From positions 6,372 to 70,371 of IMG/VR virus record IMGVR_UViG_3300038393_000340: DNA of 64,000 bases; one strand, written 5' to 3'. This document shows, piece after piece, positions 25,439-34,990 of the stretch (positions are counted from its first letter, which is position 1; the number at the start of each line of letters is the position of its first letter). Origin of the DNA: a virus (taxonomy: Duplodnaviria; Caudoviricetes). The notes under the pieces were generated by a model, which searched no databases, was not told the origin of the DNA, and worked only from the letters and a program-made list of their open reading frames with translations. A program made the position numbers and the translations under genes.

Positions 25439-25938
25439 GGTTTGGGCTCCGTAGGAGTATGAGCATCAACGTCCACCACCGGCACAGGGGTGGGGGTGAT
25501 ATTCAGCTTCTTATCGATCAAGGTATCCGAGGTGGCGATCCACTTGCGGTAACCCCACTCCATCGTGCGAGCACCGCCGTAACCAGCCAGGGTGTAGGCG
25601 ATGGCTTCCAGAGCCTTGGGAACCCCGAAATGATTGCTACACCAAAACACAAGGATAGCGGCAAGGTTGGAGTTGACTACATCGCGCAGTAGATAGGCTT
25701 TCCAGCGGTCGCCCAATTGATTTGCTGCATACTTTTGAAGGAAGGCGGCGAGGGACCCCCAAGTCCCCATCCAGCACACGTACAGGTAGGTCTTCAGTGG
25801 GATGTCGAGCGGGCCAAGGAAGGCCTCAGCCGCGTACACGCTCGGTGCGTACCCGAACAGGATCAGCCATGCGATCACAAGGAGTTTTTGCTGTAGCTTT
25901 TCTGGCAGGAGTCTCATGGTGTACCACAGCCTTTTCAC
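25435..25938 (-). CDS. holin (LydA-like)
   Basis: Several TM segments, AG.GGAR.ME motif, immediately upstream of the lysozyme; start uncertain. Confidence 0.7.
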   Translation of the reverse strand: MKRLWYTMRLLPEKLQQKLLVIAWLILFGYAPSVYAAEAFLGPLDIPLKTYLYVCWMGTWGSLAAFLQKYAANQLGDRWKAYLLRDVVNSNLAAILVFWCSNHFGVPKALEAIAYTLAGYGGARTMEWGYRKWIATSDTLIDKKLNITPTPVPVVDVDAHTPTEPKP

Positions 25939-26422
25939 GTTTCACCACCGCATCCTTGAAGGCCAGCAGCAGTAAGAAGCCCACATTTACGGGAGCCAGG
26001 ATATCCAAGAAATGATGCCCCGGATTCACCAGCGACTCCCACCAAATACCTCCCCAAACGGCGCCGCAGTAAAAGAATTCCACGATGGAAAAGCGACTCA
26101 TAAACATGCTTGTCCTGAATTCTTTTTTGCGGTTTGGGTAAAACCAGTCGGAATCGTGGATGTGGGTGATGGAGCTAAGGAATAGCCACACCCCGCCAAA
26201 TGCAAGAAACGTGGACCAGATCACCAACTGTGCCTGATTGCTGAAGACGTAGCCCCACGTGTATGAGGTGCAGACCAAGATACTGGACAGCAACATTTCC
26301 ACACCAAGAGCTAACCGAAGAAAAACCAACTTGCTCTTTTGCTGTCGCATCATGGCGATATCCTCAATTGCAGTTGATTGTTCAGGCGGAGACAGTATAG
26401 GCTCTGAATTTCCACCGAACAA
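25826..26422 (-). CDS. four-TM membrane protein, first gene of the lysis cassette
   Basis: Four hydrophobic segments; downstream of the class II promoter. Confidence 0.65.
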   Translation of the reverse strand: MFGGNSEPILSPPEQSTAIEDIAMMRQQKSKLVFLRLALGVEMLLSSILVCTSYTWGYVFSNQAQLVIWSTFLAFGGVWLFLSSITHIHDSDWFYPNRKKEFRTSMFMSRFSIVEFFYCGAVWGGIWWESLVNPGHHFLDILAPVNVGFLLLLAFKDAVVKREKAVVHHETPARKATAKTPCDRMADPVRVRTERVRG

Positions 26423-26484
26423 TTTTAAATAATGAACATGCCTATAAATTTCGGGAAAAACTGGTGGTATTTCCAGTGGGCATG

Positions 26485-26513
26485 AGTTTATATCAGACGA
26501 TTCCTACGAACAA
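26485..26513 (-). promoter_or_regulatory. putative late promoter, class II
   Basis: TTGTTC-GTAGGAAT..., 17 bp, TAAACT. Confidence 0.5.
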
Positions 26514-26515
26514 AT

Positions 26516-26836
26516 TCAGGAAATTCTGGTCCGGACCCGCTCGGAGAATGAGTCAAGGGAAGTCCGCACGTTACCTGCCGCGTCTGTGATCTGGAGTTCA
26601 AAGGTCATCATGGGCGAGACCAGTTCATTAGCCTGGAAGACATAGGTGGCCACACCCAAGGCAGAGTCACCATACACCCCCATGGTGCGCTCCACCGCCT
26701 CGTCTGACTCACTGCCCTTCCAGCGCAGCACGACGGTGGCTTGGGTCAGGTCGATGGGCGTTTCGTTATCCCCTTCCGTGCACGTCACGCGCAATTCCGC
26801 GCCGGTATCGTTTTCGACAAAAGTGTAGTTGCTCAT
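26516..26836 (-). CDS. BppU-N-like Ig-fold virion protein
   Basis: ENDTG..L.V......PIDLT.ATV...W.........G.ATY.F..NEL.....FELQITD. Confidence 0.65.
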   Translation of the reverse strand: MSNYTFVENDTGAELRVTCTEGDNETPIDLTQATVVLRWKGSESDEAVERTMGVYGDSALGVATYVFQANELVSPMMTFELQITDAAGNVRTSLDSFSERVRTRIS

Positions 26837-26848
26837 GATTGCCTCAAA

Positions 26849-28570
26849 TCAATTTGGATCGGTAAATGGTACACGACGCGCAACCACCTTGCCGCAGAAG
26901 TTGATCGTGCGCCGCGCAATCAATTGCAGCGCGACAGATCGCTTCACCGTCTCTTGGAACTCCACCGTCACCAACTTGGACTTGAACAGGCGGGCGGCGC
27001 GGGTGGCGTCACAGACTTCATCAGCAGGCAGTGACTCCGTGACATCAGCATGGAAAAGGGCGATGACGCCAGCAGATTCCAACGCCGCCGTGAATTCCGT
27101 CATGGTGGCCACGCGGTCCACCGTGCACCCACTCTCGTCAGTGGCAGCAGCCGATTCAGACACAGGATCAGCGGGTAAGTAATACCCATACAAGTCGGTC
27201 GCACTGGTCAAGTAATCGGTCGGTTCCTCAATCTCAGCGTTGACGATCACCATGGCTTGCGCGATATCGTCAGCAGCCACGGCTTCAAAGATGAACACCG
27301 GATCAGGGGGATTCACGAACTCGATCAGTGAATCTTGCGCGGACAAGTTTTCCACAACTTGTTCCGAGTAATCCACAAGGATGTCCACAGCCTCGTCGGC
27401 GTAGACGGGCTCAGCCGTATCCACTGCCCAATCAACGGCGGTATCAATGCCTTCCGAGGCTACAGCGACCTCCACAACCGCACGATCCATTTGAGTGGTG
27501 CTATCCGCTGCCTCAAGGGCGGTGCCGCTTTCCGTGGTCGTTGCGCTGGTCTGCCACTTCACCGTGAAGCTGTCCGTTGCCGGGGTGGATTCAGCAGACA
27601 CGATCACGTTGCCGATGTAGCTGGCCGACGACACGACTGCGGCAATGCTGTTCTCAGCCTGTCCAGAGGTGGTGGATACGTTCGGGACTTCCACGTCGGC
27701 GGCAGCAGCGGCTTCAACCAATGCAACCGGCTTGATGGTGGACACCACGGTGGCGTCGTTGTGATCCGTGGCCGTCGTAATCTCCGACATGAATACGAGG
27801 GATTTGCGGCCAGCACTTTGGGTTGTAGTCGCAGTGGCCGGTTCCGTCACCGTGGCCTTGGTCTTCTTTCCCGCTTTGGTGGTGCCAGAGCCATCCGTAC
27901 CATCGGAAGCGATACCGGATTCTGTCACGCTGCTTACATAGAGCACCGTGACTGTGACAGCTTCGGATGCGGTGGTGGCTTCGGTCACATCCAAAACAAT
28001 ATCAAGGCCACGCTCCGAGTCGTCAGCGGCGGTAGCGACTTCCGTAACATCCACGGCAAGGGTTCGTACCGAGTCTTGGGACGATGCGGATGTGGCTGAT
28101 TCGGTTATGCTTCTGTCCACCAGAAGAACGGCATCCACGGATACATTGGACGTGTTGGATTCCGACACGTCGGATACGATGCCGCCAACTGCATCTACCG
28201 TGTCAGCAGCCGTCCCGGCCTCTGTCCTGGAAGATGAGGTTGCCTTGGTGGCCGACGTAGTATCCGTAGGCGACTGCGATTCGGTCACCGAGGGTAGCGC
28301 CGTTAGAACCACTCCGAGAGTATCCGAAGCGGATGCCGCTTCGTTCACGTCAAGAGAGTACGTAACCCCGGCATCCCCGTAGAGGGTGATTGGCTGGCCC
28401 TTGAAAGCGTAGTCAAGGGTCGGGGTTTGGAGGCCCGGTCCATACTGGACGAAAGGCGTCCCCCTGAACGCGATGTCGAGGGGTAAAACCTTTGTAAAGA
28501 ACGGATTGACTGTGGGGTCGGGCGCTTCCGCTACCGATAATTCTGCAATTGCGCCATCAGCTAAGGACAT
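26849..28570 (-). CDS. low-complexity A/T/S/V/D/E-rich repetitive virion protein
   Basis: Many V(T/S)ES(A)TA.D-type quasi-repeats over about 450 aa; located in the tail module. Confidence 0.75.
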   Translation of the reverse strand: MSLADGAIAELSVAEAPDPTVNPFFTKVLPLDIAFRGTPFVQYGPGLQTPTLDYAFKGQPITLYGDAGVTYSLDVNEAASASDTLGVVLTALPSVTESQSPTDTTSATKATSSSRTEAGTAADTVDAVGGIVSDVSESNTSNVSVDAVLLVDRSITESATSASSQDSVRTLAVDVTEVATAADDSERGLDIVLDVTEATTASEAVTVTVLYVSSVTESGIASDGTDGSGTTKAGKKTKATVTEPATATTTQSAGRKSLVFMSEITTATDHNDATVVSTIKPVALVEAAAAADVEVPNVSTTSGQAENSIAAVVSSASYIGNVIVSAESTPATDSFTVKWQTSATTTESGTALEAADSTTQMDRAVVEVAVASEGIDTAVDWAVDTAEPVYADEAVDILVDYSEQVVENLSAQDSLIEFVNPPDPVFIFEAVAADDIAQAMVIVNAEIEEPTDYLTSATDLYGYYLPADPVSESAAATDESGCTVDRVATMTEFTAALESAGVIALFHADVTESLPADEVCDATRAARLFKSKLVTVEFQETVKRSVALQLIARRTINFCGKVVARRVPFTDPN

Positions 28571-28591
28571 GGCCCTACCCCTTTATCATAG

Positions 28592-30631
28592 TTAGAGATA
28601 CTGCCCGTACGTGGCGGTATCGGCGTATCCAGCAGCATTACCCGGCAAGTAGTTAGCACCCGCACCGTAGGTCTGGATGGTCGCACCGCTGGTGATGTAG
28701 TAGCGGGTTCCCGTGCTGCCCGTCGTGGTGAACGTCCCCGACACCGCAATGATGGAGGTCTCCGTGGCAGTGGCAAAAATGTTGCTGAATGCCCGGTTGC
28801 TCGCGTCGATGGTGTTCCCAAACGAGAGGATAGTCGAATCCAAAGCAGCGTTCCAGTGGATTGGAGCGTTGCCGGTGATGGTGTAGTTGGCCAGCACTTG
28901 GACCATCGACTTCACGGTGGCGAAGATGTGTTGTGCCGTACAGGAGCCGAACTGGCACCCATCAAGGACAAAGATGCGCGCGCCGCTGTCGGTCTTGAGA
29001 CCAGTCCCACTCGTGGTTTGGAATTTTAGCCCCTTGACGGATACGCTGGCATCGTTCTTGGCCACGAAACAGTCGGCTGAGCACGACAGGACAACGTTTC
29101 CGGGGGTGGTCGCATTGCCTTCTATGGTGAAGGTGCCAGAGCCAATCCCCATGGGGTTGCCCGAAATGGTGATGGGCGCCGTGTAGGTGCCATCAGCCAG
29201 CTTGATGGTCACGTTGAATCCGGCGCAGTCCAAGGTGCCGTAGATGACGCTAAGGGCGTTGGCGACGGTGGCGAATGGCGACGAAGACGACAGGCCGGTG
29301 TTGGCCGTGTCTGAACCCGTGGTGGACACGTAATAGGTGCGGTTGGTAACCATCACCTCACGTGGATTGGCGGACGCCAGCCCGGACAGTGCCCCGGTGA
29401 TGTTGGTCGGACCCACCACTTGGATGTTGGCACGCCAGTTGATGGGCAAGTCGATTTCCGTCACACCGAGGAAGATAGGCTGGTACTGCGCCGTGATGCC
29501 TTCATAGTTCGGACCGAACACAATATCGGTAGCCACGCTTTGGGTGCCCGCACCGCCAGCATCGATCCATGGAGTAGTGAACGTCGTGCCACAGTAGCCA
29601 CCGTTCAGGTAGAAACCCATGCCGCCTGTAGCCCCGCCCTGATTGTAGTACCCGCCAACCTGAGAGAACGTGCAATTGAACAACAGTCCTTCCAAGTTGT
29701 ACAGGATGGAGTTGTTGACGGTGCCTTCAAACGCAAGGTTGCGGAAGCTGTTGCCCAGGAACGAAGCCGTGGAGTTGGACGACTTCAAGTACAAGCCGTT
29801 CAGATTGCCAGAACCACGCACGTTGGACACTTCGCCATGCTCCACCCACGTGGAGTGGTCGTTGCTCGTAATGTACAACTGCAATGCCGTACCACTGGAA
29901 TAACCCTTGATGGTCAAGTCATCCATACGCCATGCAACGGTATCTTGCCAGCGCACGCCACCCGATGCCGCCGTGTTGCTGGTGTAGATGGTTGCCCCGT
30001 TACCCAACAGGCGAACCGGCTTCTTGCCAAGAATGGCTCCGTTATTGGCCCCGAAATAGTTGGTCTTGAAGTCGAAGCACCATCCCGTGTGGGACGGGGT
30101 GAACGTGTTGCCGTTCAGGTTGACATTGATGCCCGCCCCACCGTTGTACTGTCCAGGATCAATCACGATGCTGGCGCCCGGAGAATACCCGGCAGAGTCG
30201 AATGGGAAGAACAATTCTCCACCATTGTTGGCGTAGATGTCCGCCAGTGCCGCAGCGATCCGCTGGTCCAGCGTGCCGGTATAGGACGACACGGAGAAAT
30301 AGCCGGGGAAGGCCGTTTGGGAGGCGATGACGGTCAGCGAGACCTGCTTCGTACCCGAACTGAAACTCACGGCGGCATTGCTGTTGGAAGAAGCTTTGAC
30401 GCTGGTGCGGGTCAGGGTGTTGAGGGCGGAGTAGGTCCCCACCCCCGTCTCCCATTCCGAGGTGAATGCGCCGCTGGAGGATACGCCCCGCACCACATAG
30501 CCCACTTTGTCTCCTACCGCACATACGGAAGAAAACGAGCGGAAGCCAGCGACGGCCCCCGCAAGCGTGATGGCCCCCGTGCCGGTGGTCGTGGTGGTCT
30601 CTTTTACGAGGTCTGCAATGGTTGTGCTCAT
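28592..30631 (-). CDS. tail fibre or spike with beta-helix (pectate-lyase-like) domains
   Basis: Tail-attachment N-terminus (DLVKETTTTTGTG...EWETGVGT), GGELFFP beta-helix entry, second module YYVSTTGSD...PFAT. Confidence 0.8.
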   Translation of the reverse strand: MSTTIADLVKETTTTTGTGAITLAGAVAGFRSFSSVCAVGDKVGYVVRGVSSSGAFTSEWETGVGTYSALNTLTRTSVKASSNSNAAVSFSSGTKQVSLTVIASQTAFPGYFSVSSYTGTLDQRIAAALADIYANNGGELFFPFDSAGYSPGASIVIDPGQYNGGAGINVNLNGNTFTPSHTGWCFDFKTNYFGANNGAILGKKPVRLLGNGATIYTSNTAASGGVRWQDTVAWRMDDLTIKGYSSGTALQLYITSNDHSTWVEHGEVSNVRGSGNLNGLYLKSSNSTASFLGNSFRNLAFEGTVNNSILYNLEGLLFNCTFSQVGGYYNQGGATGGMGFYLNGGYCGTTFTTPWIDAGGAGTQSVATDIVFGPNYEGITAQYQPIFLGVTEIDLPINWRANIQVVGPTNITGALSGLASANPREVMVTNRTYYVSTTGSDTANTGLSSSSPFATVANALSVIYGTLDCAGFNVTIKLADGTYTAPITISGNPMGIGSGTFTIEGNATTPGNVVLSCSADCFVAKNDASVSVKGLKFQTTSGTGLKTDSGARIFVLDGCQFGSCTAQHIFATVKSMVQVLANYTITGNAPIHWNAALDSTILSFGNTIDASNRAFSNIFATATETSIIAVSGTFTTTGSTGTRYYITSGATIQTYGAGANYLPGNAAGYADTATYGQYL

Positions 30632-30640
30632 GATTTTTCC

Positions 30641-33538
30641 TTAACCCACCGAGAGGTCATCGATCCAGTAGTTGACAGAACTGGAGTTCGACGTGCCGTT
30701 GTAATAAACCAAGAATTCAAACTCCACCACCCCATCTTGCGTAGGAGTAATGGTCAGTGCACTTGATTGCGCCCACGTGTTGATGCTGCCCGGATCGCAA
30801 ACCACGCTGACATCCGAAGGGCATCCTGCCACTTGACCCCCCGCCATGAACAGGGCACCACTCGCCAGTGTGTTGTCACGACGAGCGTAAATTCGCACGT
30901 TGTAGGTTACGTTGGCGCTCACGGCCAGTTGCAGCACCTTGAGTCTCATGGGGGTGTTTATCCATGGACCCATGGTGGTGAAACTATTTGTGGTAAATCT
31001 CCAAGCAAAACCACTGGCCGTATTTCTCACGTCCGTAACCGACCGGATAGTCCCGAAATTGGAGTAAGAAACATGGCTTCCTTGCCCATTCAGGTTTTGA
31101 ATGATCAAGGTTTGTTGATAAGTGTCATAGTTGCTGTTGGTGACGGTGGACTCAGAGATCGTTGCGTTTGTAACGACTAGTTCTGAGGAAATGGTGGAAC
31201 TGGACATATAGATGGACGCCGAAGAGTTGTTCTCAGAATAGTAGTTATTAACCAGATAGTTGAGGAAGACTGTTGTGTACCCTCCCAAACCATACCCCGA
31301 ATTGTTGCGGGCAAAAACGTAGTTGTAGCGCGTTCTTGACTGGCCCCCTCCCACGGCGGTGGTGCTGGAACTTTGGTTATTGGAATGGCAGATGATGTAG
31401 TTGCCAACAAGCGAATCTACACTCAAACTCTGCAAAGGCCCGTAAAACGACATCGCGGCGGTGAAGTTATACAGGTAAAGAAAGGTGTAGGACCCGATCA
31501 AAGGACCGATTGAACTTCCCATGCAGGAAAATTGGACGTTCTTTGCAGTAAAGCACAAGGTGGTGAGTGTCCTGCTGATGAAGGCGATGTTGTATCGAGT
31601 GCCGTTGACGTTGGAGATTACGTAATTATTCTTGAAGGCCGTATCAAAGAATTGGCCATTGCAATCCATCCCGCTGTGCCACGTGTCACTGGACTGGGTA
31701 GACATATTGGTGCGGTCCCACCCACCAGAAATAGTGATGGGGTTGGATGCCACAGTATTAGCGGCATTTCCAATACCGTTGGCACCATTAACAGTGTCGG
31801 AAATCGTAATGACTGGTTCCAGTTTGTAGGTCGCTACGGTCTCAGTTGCATTCGGATACCCAGTGCCGGTGGTAGAAGAAGAACTGCCTCCAGTATCCAG
31901 AGTCACCGTCGTGCCGGAAATGGAACGGATTGCATACCATGTATCTTCGCAATCAGTTGCAGTCCACACCACCGTGCCATCCGTAACGGACAGCCCGATT
32001 TCCTTCGGCCACGTCGGTTCCGTAGAGCCGGTGGTCCCCGCCGTCGTAACCTTGAAAATCAAGCCGAAACGGTTGGGGGAGGACGGACGGCGGATATCGT
32101 TCAACGAATATGCTGTGGACGCCTGCCAGTTCAGGTTGCATGCCTTGCCGATCATGCTGTTCAGCGTCAGCGAATCGTCATTTGAGGAAGACTTGCATGC
32201 AATGATATGGTCGAAGCCAAAGGTGAGGCTACCGACGTATTTGCTGTGAATGTACAGCGCAACCGACTTGATGGCGCTGTTCAGGTTGGTCTTGAAGTCG
32301 TACACAGCCGGTTGCCACGTGCTATTGGCATTGATTGGCTGGAGGTCCATGCGGTGCACCGGCACATCGCCCGTGGTGTCCGTGCACAGGTACAGGCTTG
32401 CGATATTTCCCTGGAAACCGGAACTGCACTGTACCCAAAATGCGATCTGCTGGAAGGTGGACAGGTCAAGCGTGCTGCCCAAGTTCAAGTAAGCCACCTT
32501 GCCAATGGCGGAAGACGTGGTGACGGTGATCCGCGTGCTGAGGGTGCCAGTCTTGCATGACGAACTGGTAGTGGTCGTGGCCGGGGAAACGGCGGTCCAT
32601 GCAGTATCGCAGTCGTTGATAAGGGTCGTGACTGCATTGGGGATCGTCACCGTTCTGGACTGTTTGGTCCACGTGGCGTTTCCCACCAATGTTGGGCTTG
32701 GGGATGCCTTCAACCGAATGCTGTCTCCATCCACGAGAGTGCGCTTGACCGAAGCACTGGAACTGGTGTTGAGTCCGGTAAGAAAGTTGCGCAGGCGTTG
32801 CCCAAAGGAAGTGCCCGTCCCATCCATGCGGCCATGCACCAGCAATGAGGTGAGGTAGAAGTATGGGTCTTCGGGGAACGTATGGGGGAGAGCGGCAGTG
32901 GGCGGGGTGAAAGTCCCGGCATACCGGGCAATACCCTTGGTGATCCTGATGTCCTGCATATAACCTGGAAAGCGACGGGTAAGAGCCGGATCATTTCCGA
33001 TGTACAAGGAGTTACTGGAGGCGAAAAGGCTTCCGGTATCCGTCGTGCTGGCAACCACTGCCCCATTCAGGTACAGGCGGATTACGCCCGAAGAATCCCG
33101 ATCCACTGCCACGTGATACCACGTGTTCAGGGTTGGAGAGAATGCAGAAGTGATGGACAACAGGGCGGCGCCAGTCAACGAGTACTGGAAGGTCAACTGT
33201 CCGGAGGTATTCATCCCCAAGTACCACGACAAGTTGCTAGAGGACAGGACACCAAAGCCAGCGATGCCCTCGTTTGCCGTGGCGCTGTGAGAGGTGAAAT
33301 AAACCCAAGCCTCCACCGTGAACTGGGAGCCCCTAAACTGGAAGGACTCATCGTAAAAGTAGTGGATATTGGCGCTGGATGTCGTGGAGCCCCCACTGAA
33401 TGCCAGGGAATTGGACCCGTACTTTGCAGCGGTAGTGGTGGAGTACGCGCCATTGGCAGGGCTTGTAGGGTGGTTGTAGAACGAGAAATCCGACCCAAAG
33501 TCGTCCCCATCCTCACGATCCATGTAGTAGGTGGTCAT
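30641..33538 (-). CDS. tail-associated protein with LamG, CBM-like and beta-helix regions
   Basis: FTVEAWVY...WYHVAV.R...IRLYLNG...GYMQDIRITKGIARY (LamG); WQASTAYSLND...TEPTW (CBM5/12-like). Confidence 0.8.
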   Translation of the reverse strand: MTTYYMDREDGDDFGSDFSFYNHPTSPANGAYSTTTAAKYGSNSLAFSGGSTTSSANIHYFYDESFQFRGSQFTVEAWVYFTSHSATANEGIAGFGVLSSSNLSWYLGMNTSGQLTFQYSLTGAALLSITSAFSPTLNTWYHVAVDRDSSGVIRLYLNGAVVASTTDTGSLFASSNSLYIGNDPALTRRFPGYMQDIRITKGIARYAGTFTPPTAALPHTFPEDPYFYLTSLLVHGRMDGTGTSFGQRLRNFLTGLNTSSSASVKRTLVDGDSIRLKASPSPTLVGNATWTKQSRTVTIPNAVTTLINDCDTAWTAVSPATTTTSSSCKTGTLSTRITVTTSSAIGKVAYLNLGSTLDLSTFQQIAFWVQCSSGFQGNIASLYLCTDTTGDVPVHRMDLQPINANSTWQPAVYDFKTNLNSAIKSVALYIHSKYVGSLTFGFDHIIACKSSSNDDSLTLNSMIGKACNLNWQASTAYSLNDIRRPSSPNRFGLIFKVTTAGTTGSTEPTWPKEIGLSVTDGTVVWTATDCEDTWYAIRSISGTTVTLDTGGSSSSTTGTGYPNATETVATYKLEPVITISDTVNGANGIGNAANTVASNPITISGGWDRTNMSTQSSDTWHSGMDCNGQFFDTAFKNNYVISNVNGTRYNIAFISRTLTTLCFTAKNVQFSCMGSSIGPLIGSYTFLYLYNFTAAMSFYGPLQSLSVDSLVGNYIICHSNNQSSSTTAVGGGQSRTRYNYVFARNNSGYGLGGYTTVFLNYLVNNYYSENNSSASIYMSSSTISSELVVTNATISESTVTNSNYDTYQQTLIIQNLNGQGSHVSYSNFGTIRSVTDVRNTASGFAWRFTTNSFTTMGPWINTPMRLKVLQLAVSANVTYNVRIYARRDNTLASGALFMAGGQVAGCPSDVSVVCDPGSINTWAQSSALTITPTQDGVVEFEFLVYYNGTSNSSSVNYWIDDLSVG

Positions 33539-33543
33539 GGTAG

Positions 33544-33975
33544 TTACCAGTTCAGGATTTCAGCGGCACGGCCCGGTGCAATCAATTGCGCAGCTTCCAG
33601 CAGAGGAAGACCGGCCTGCACGTCAGGGTTGTCCCGATGAATGGTCGGATTCATTTCCATACGCTTGACGTAGGCCATCACCAGCGGAGTGGTTTGCGCG
33701 GCGGCGTAGACGGCAGCGACTTCCTCAACCGTGAACCGGCCAAAGAACTCTTCACGGGAAATGGATTGCCGTGGGCTGACATCGGCAGCTTCAGCCAGGG
33801 ACTTGATATTGGCGATTTCAGCCGTCTTGGCGTCAATCTGCTCTTGGGTGGGCTCGGTATTGCCGAAGTTCAGATACTCCGTGCGTTCGGTGCCGTCGTC
33901 CTTGGAAAAGGTGGCGGACACATACCAGTTACCGAACTGCTGTTCGATTAGGTTGATGGACTTGACGGACCACAT
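33544..33975 (-). CDS. tail fibre assembly or chaperone-like protein (putative)
   Basis: 143 aa; C-terminal GL.LL.A..LI..GRAAEIL typical of fibre-associated proteins. Confidence 0.55.
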   Translation of the reverse strand: MWSVKSINLIEQQFGNWYVSATFSKDDGTERTEYLNFGNTEPTQEQIDAKTAEIANIKSLAEAADVSPRQSISREEFFGRFTVEEVAAVYAAAQTTPLVMAYVKRMEMNPTIHRDNPDVQAGLPLLEAAQLIAPGRAAEILNW

Positions 33976-33984
33976 GGGGCACTC

Positions 33985-34239
33985 CTACTGTTTTCGCAGT
34001 TCAGGCGGGAACCCCTTCCGCTTCCTTTCATTCTCTAGGGCGGTCTTGCAGTGGTCGGGTTGGCGGAATACAAAATTCAGAATCCGGCACACGAACCTAC
34101 AGAAGACGCAAGAAGGGCGGAGCCTGCCTAACCTGCTGGAAATCGTTTCGTCGGGGTAGCCACCAAACAGGAAAGCGTTTGCAAACTGGTCTAAGGCGAT
34201 CCAAGAATGCATCCACCACTGTTTGATGGCGCCCCACAT
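33985..34239 (-). CDS. conserved phage tail-region hypothetical protein
   Basis: ALDQFAN...GG.PDETISSR.GR...C..VC.IL......HC. Confidence 0.7.
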   Translation of the reverse strand: MWGAIKQWWMHSWIALDQFANAFLFGGYPDETISSRLGRLRPSCVFCRFVCRILNFVFRQPDHCKTALENERKRKGFPPELRKQ

Positions 34240-34248
34240 GACTACACC

Positions 34249-34824
34249 TTACAGGCTCGCGGTATAAGTCACGGACAAGGTGTCCCCGCTGGAGACCGCC
34301 TTGTCGCCCCCGGAGAACAGGCCCGCCGAGTACAGCACGCCGCTCGTGCCGTCCTTGGTGGTCGAGGACGACAAGAAGCAGCCTTTGACCGTACCCGAGG
34401 AGGTGATGGAGAACGTGGCAGCAGCCGACGTGGACTTGGAGCCAGCCGATGCGGCAGAGAATGCCGGGACCGGGCGGGTAGCTTGCGAGTAGGTCGGGTT
34501 GTTGGCGGCGCCAGCTTCTTTCCAGCCATTGGTGCCGTTGATCTGTGCGGCCACGTCGCCAGCAGCGACAGCCGAATAGCTGGTCGAGGAGATCAGGCCC
34601 AATGCCCATGCGGCGGTGTAGTTGGCTCCTGCCAGATACTTGTCGAGGGCATCGTTCTTGCCTTGGGTGGTCACCAGATTGTCGATGTCGTCGGTCCATT
34701 TGTGGTTGCCATCAGCGTCGAAGCACTGAACGACATAGTGACCATGGGCTTCTGCCCCTTCGTTGTGGCCTGCCCCACGCTGGACGGATGCGCCACAAGC
34801 GTCGATGCTATTTGCTTTTTCCAT
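34249..34824 (-). CDS. virion structural protein
   Basis: [18 protein letters not shown]...[12 protein letters not shown]...GVLYSAG.F; start re-called at MEKANS. Confidence 0.75.
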   Translation of the reverse strand: MEKANSIDACGASVQRGAGHNEGAEAHGHYVVQCFDADGNHKWTDDIDNLVTTQGKNDALDKYLAGANYTAAWALGLISSTSYSAVAAGDVAAQINGTNGWKEAGAANNPTYSQATRPVPAFSAASAGSKSTSAAATFSITSSGTVKGCFLSSSTTKDGTSGVLYSAGLFSGGDKAVSSGDTLSVTYTASL

Positions 34825-34940
34825 GATTTGCCTCTGTAGGTTGAACAAGAGTTTGACGTGGGCAAAGTGCCACCAATCAATAGGTGCCAAGTCTACCTTA
34901 CCTCACAGCACCTATCCAGAGGGAAATCATTCCATTGGAC

Positions 34941-34971
34941 AAAATAAAAGCCCGGTATCTCTACCGGGCTT
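34941..34971 (-). terminator. rho-independent terminator
   Basis: GCCCGGTA/TACCGGGC stem plus U-tract; abuts a palindrome copy at 34973. Confidence 0.75.
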
Positions 34972-34990
34972 GCGCAATCAATTGCACAGA

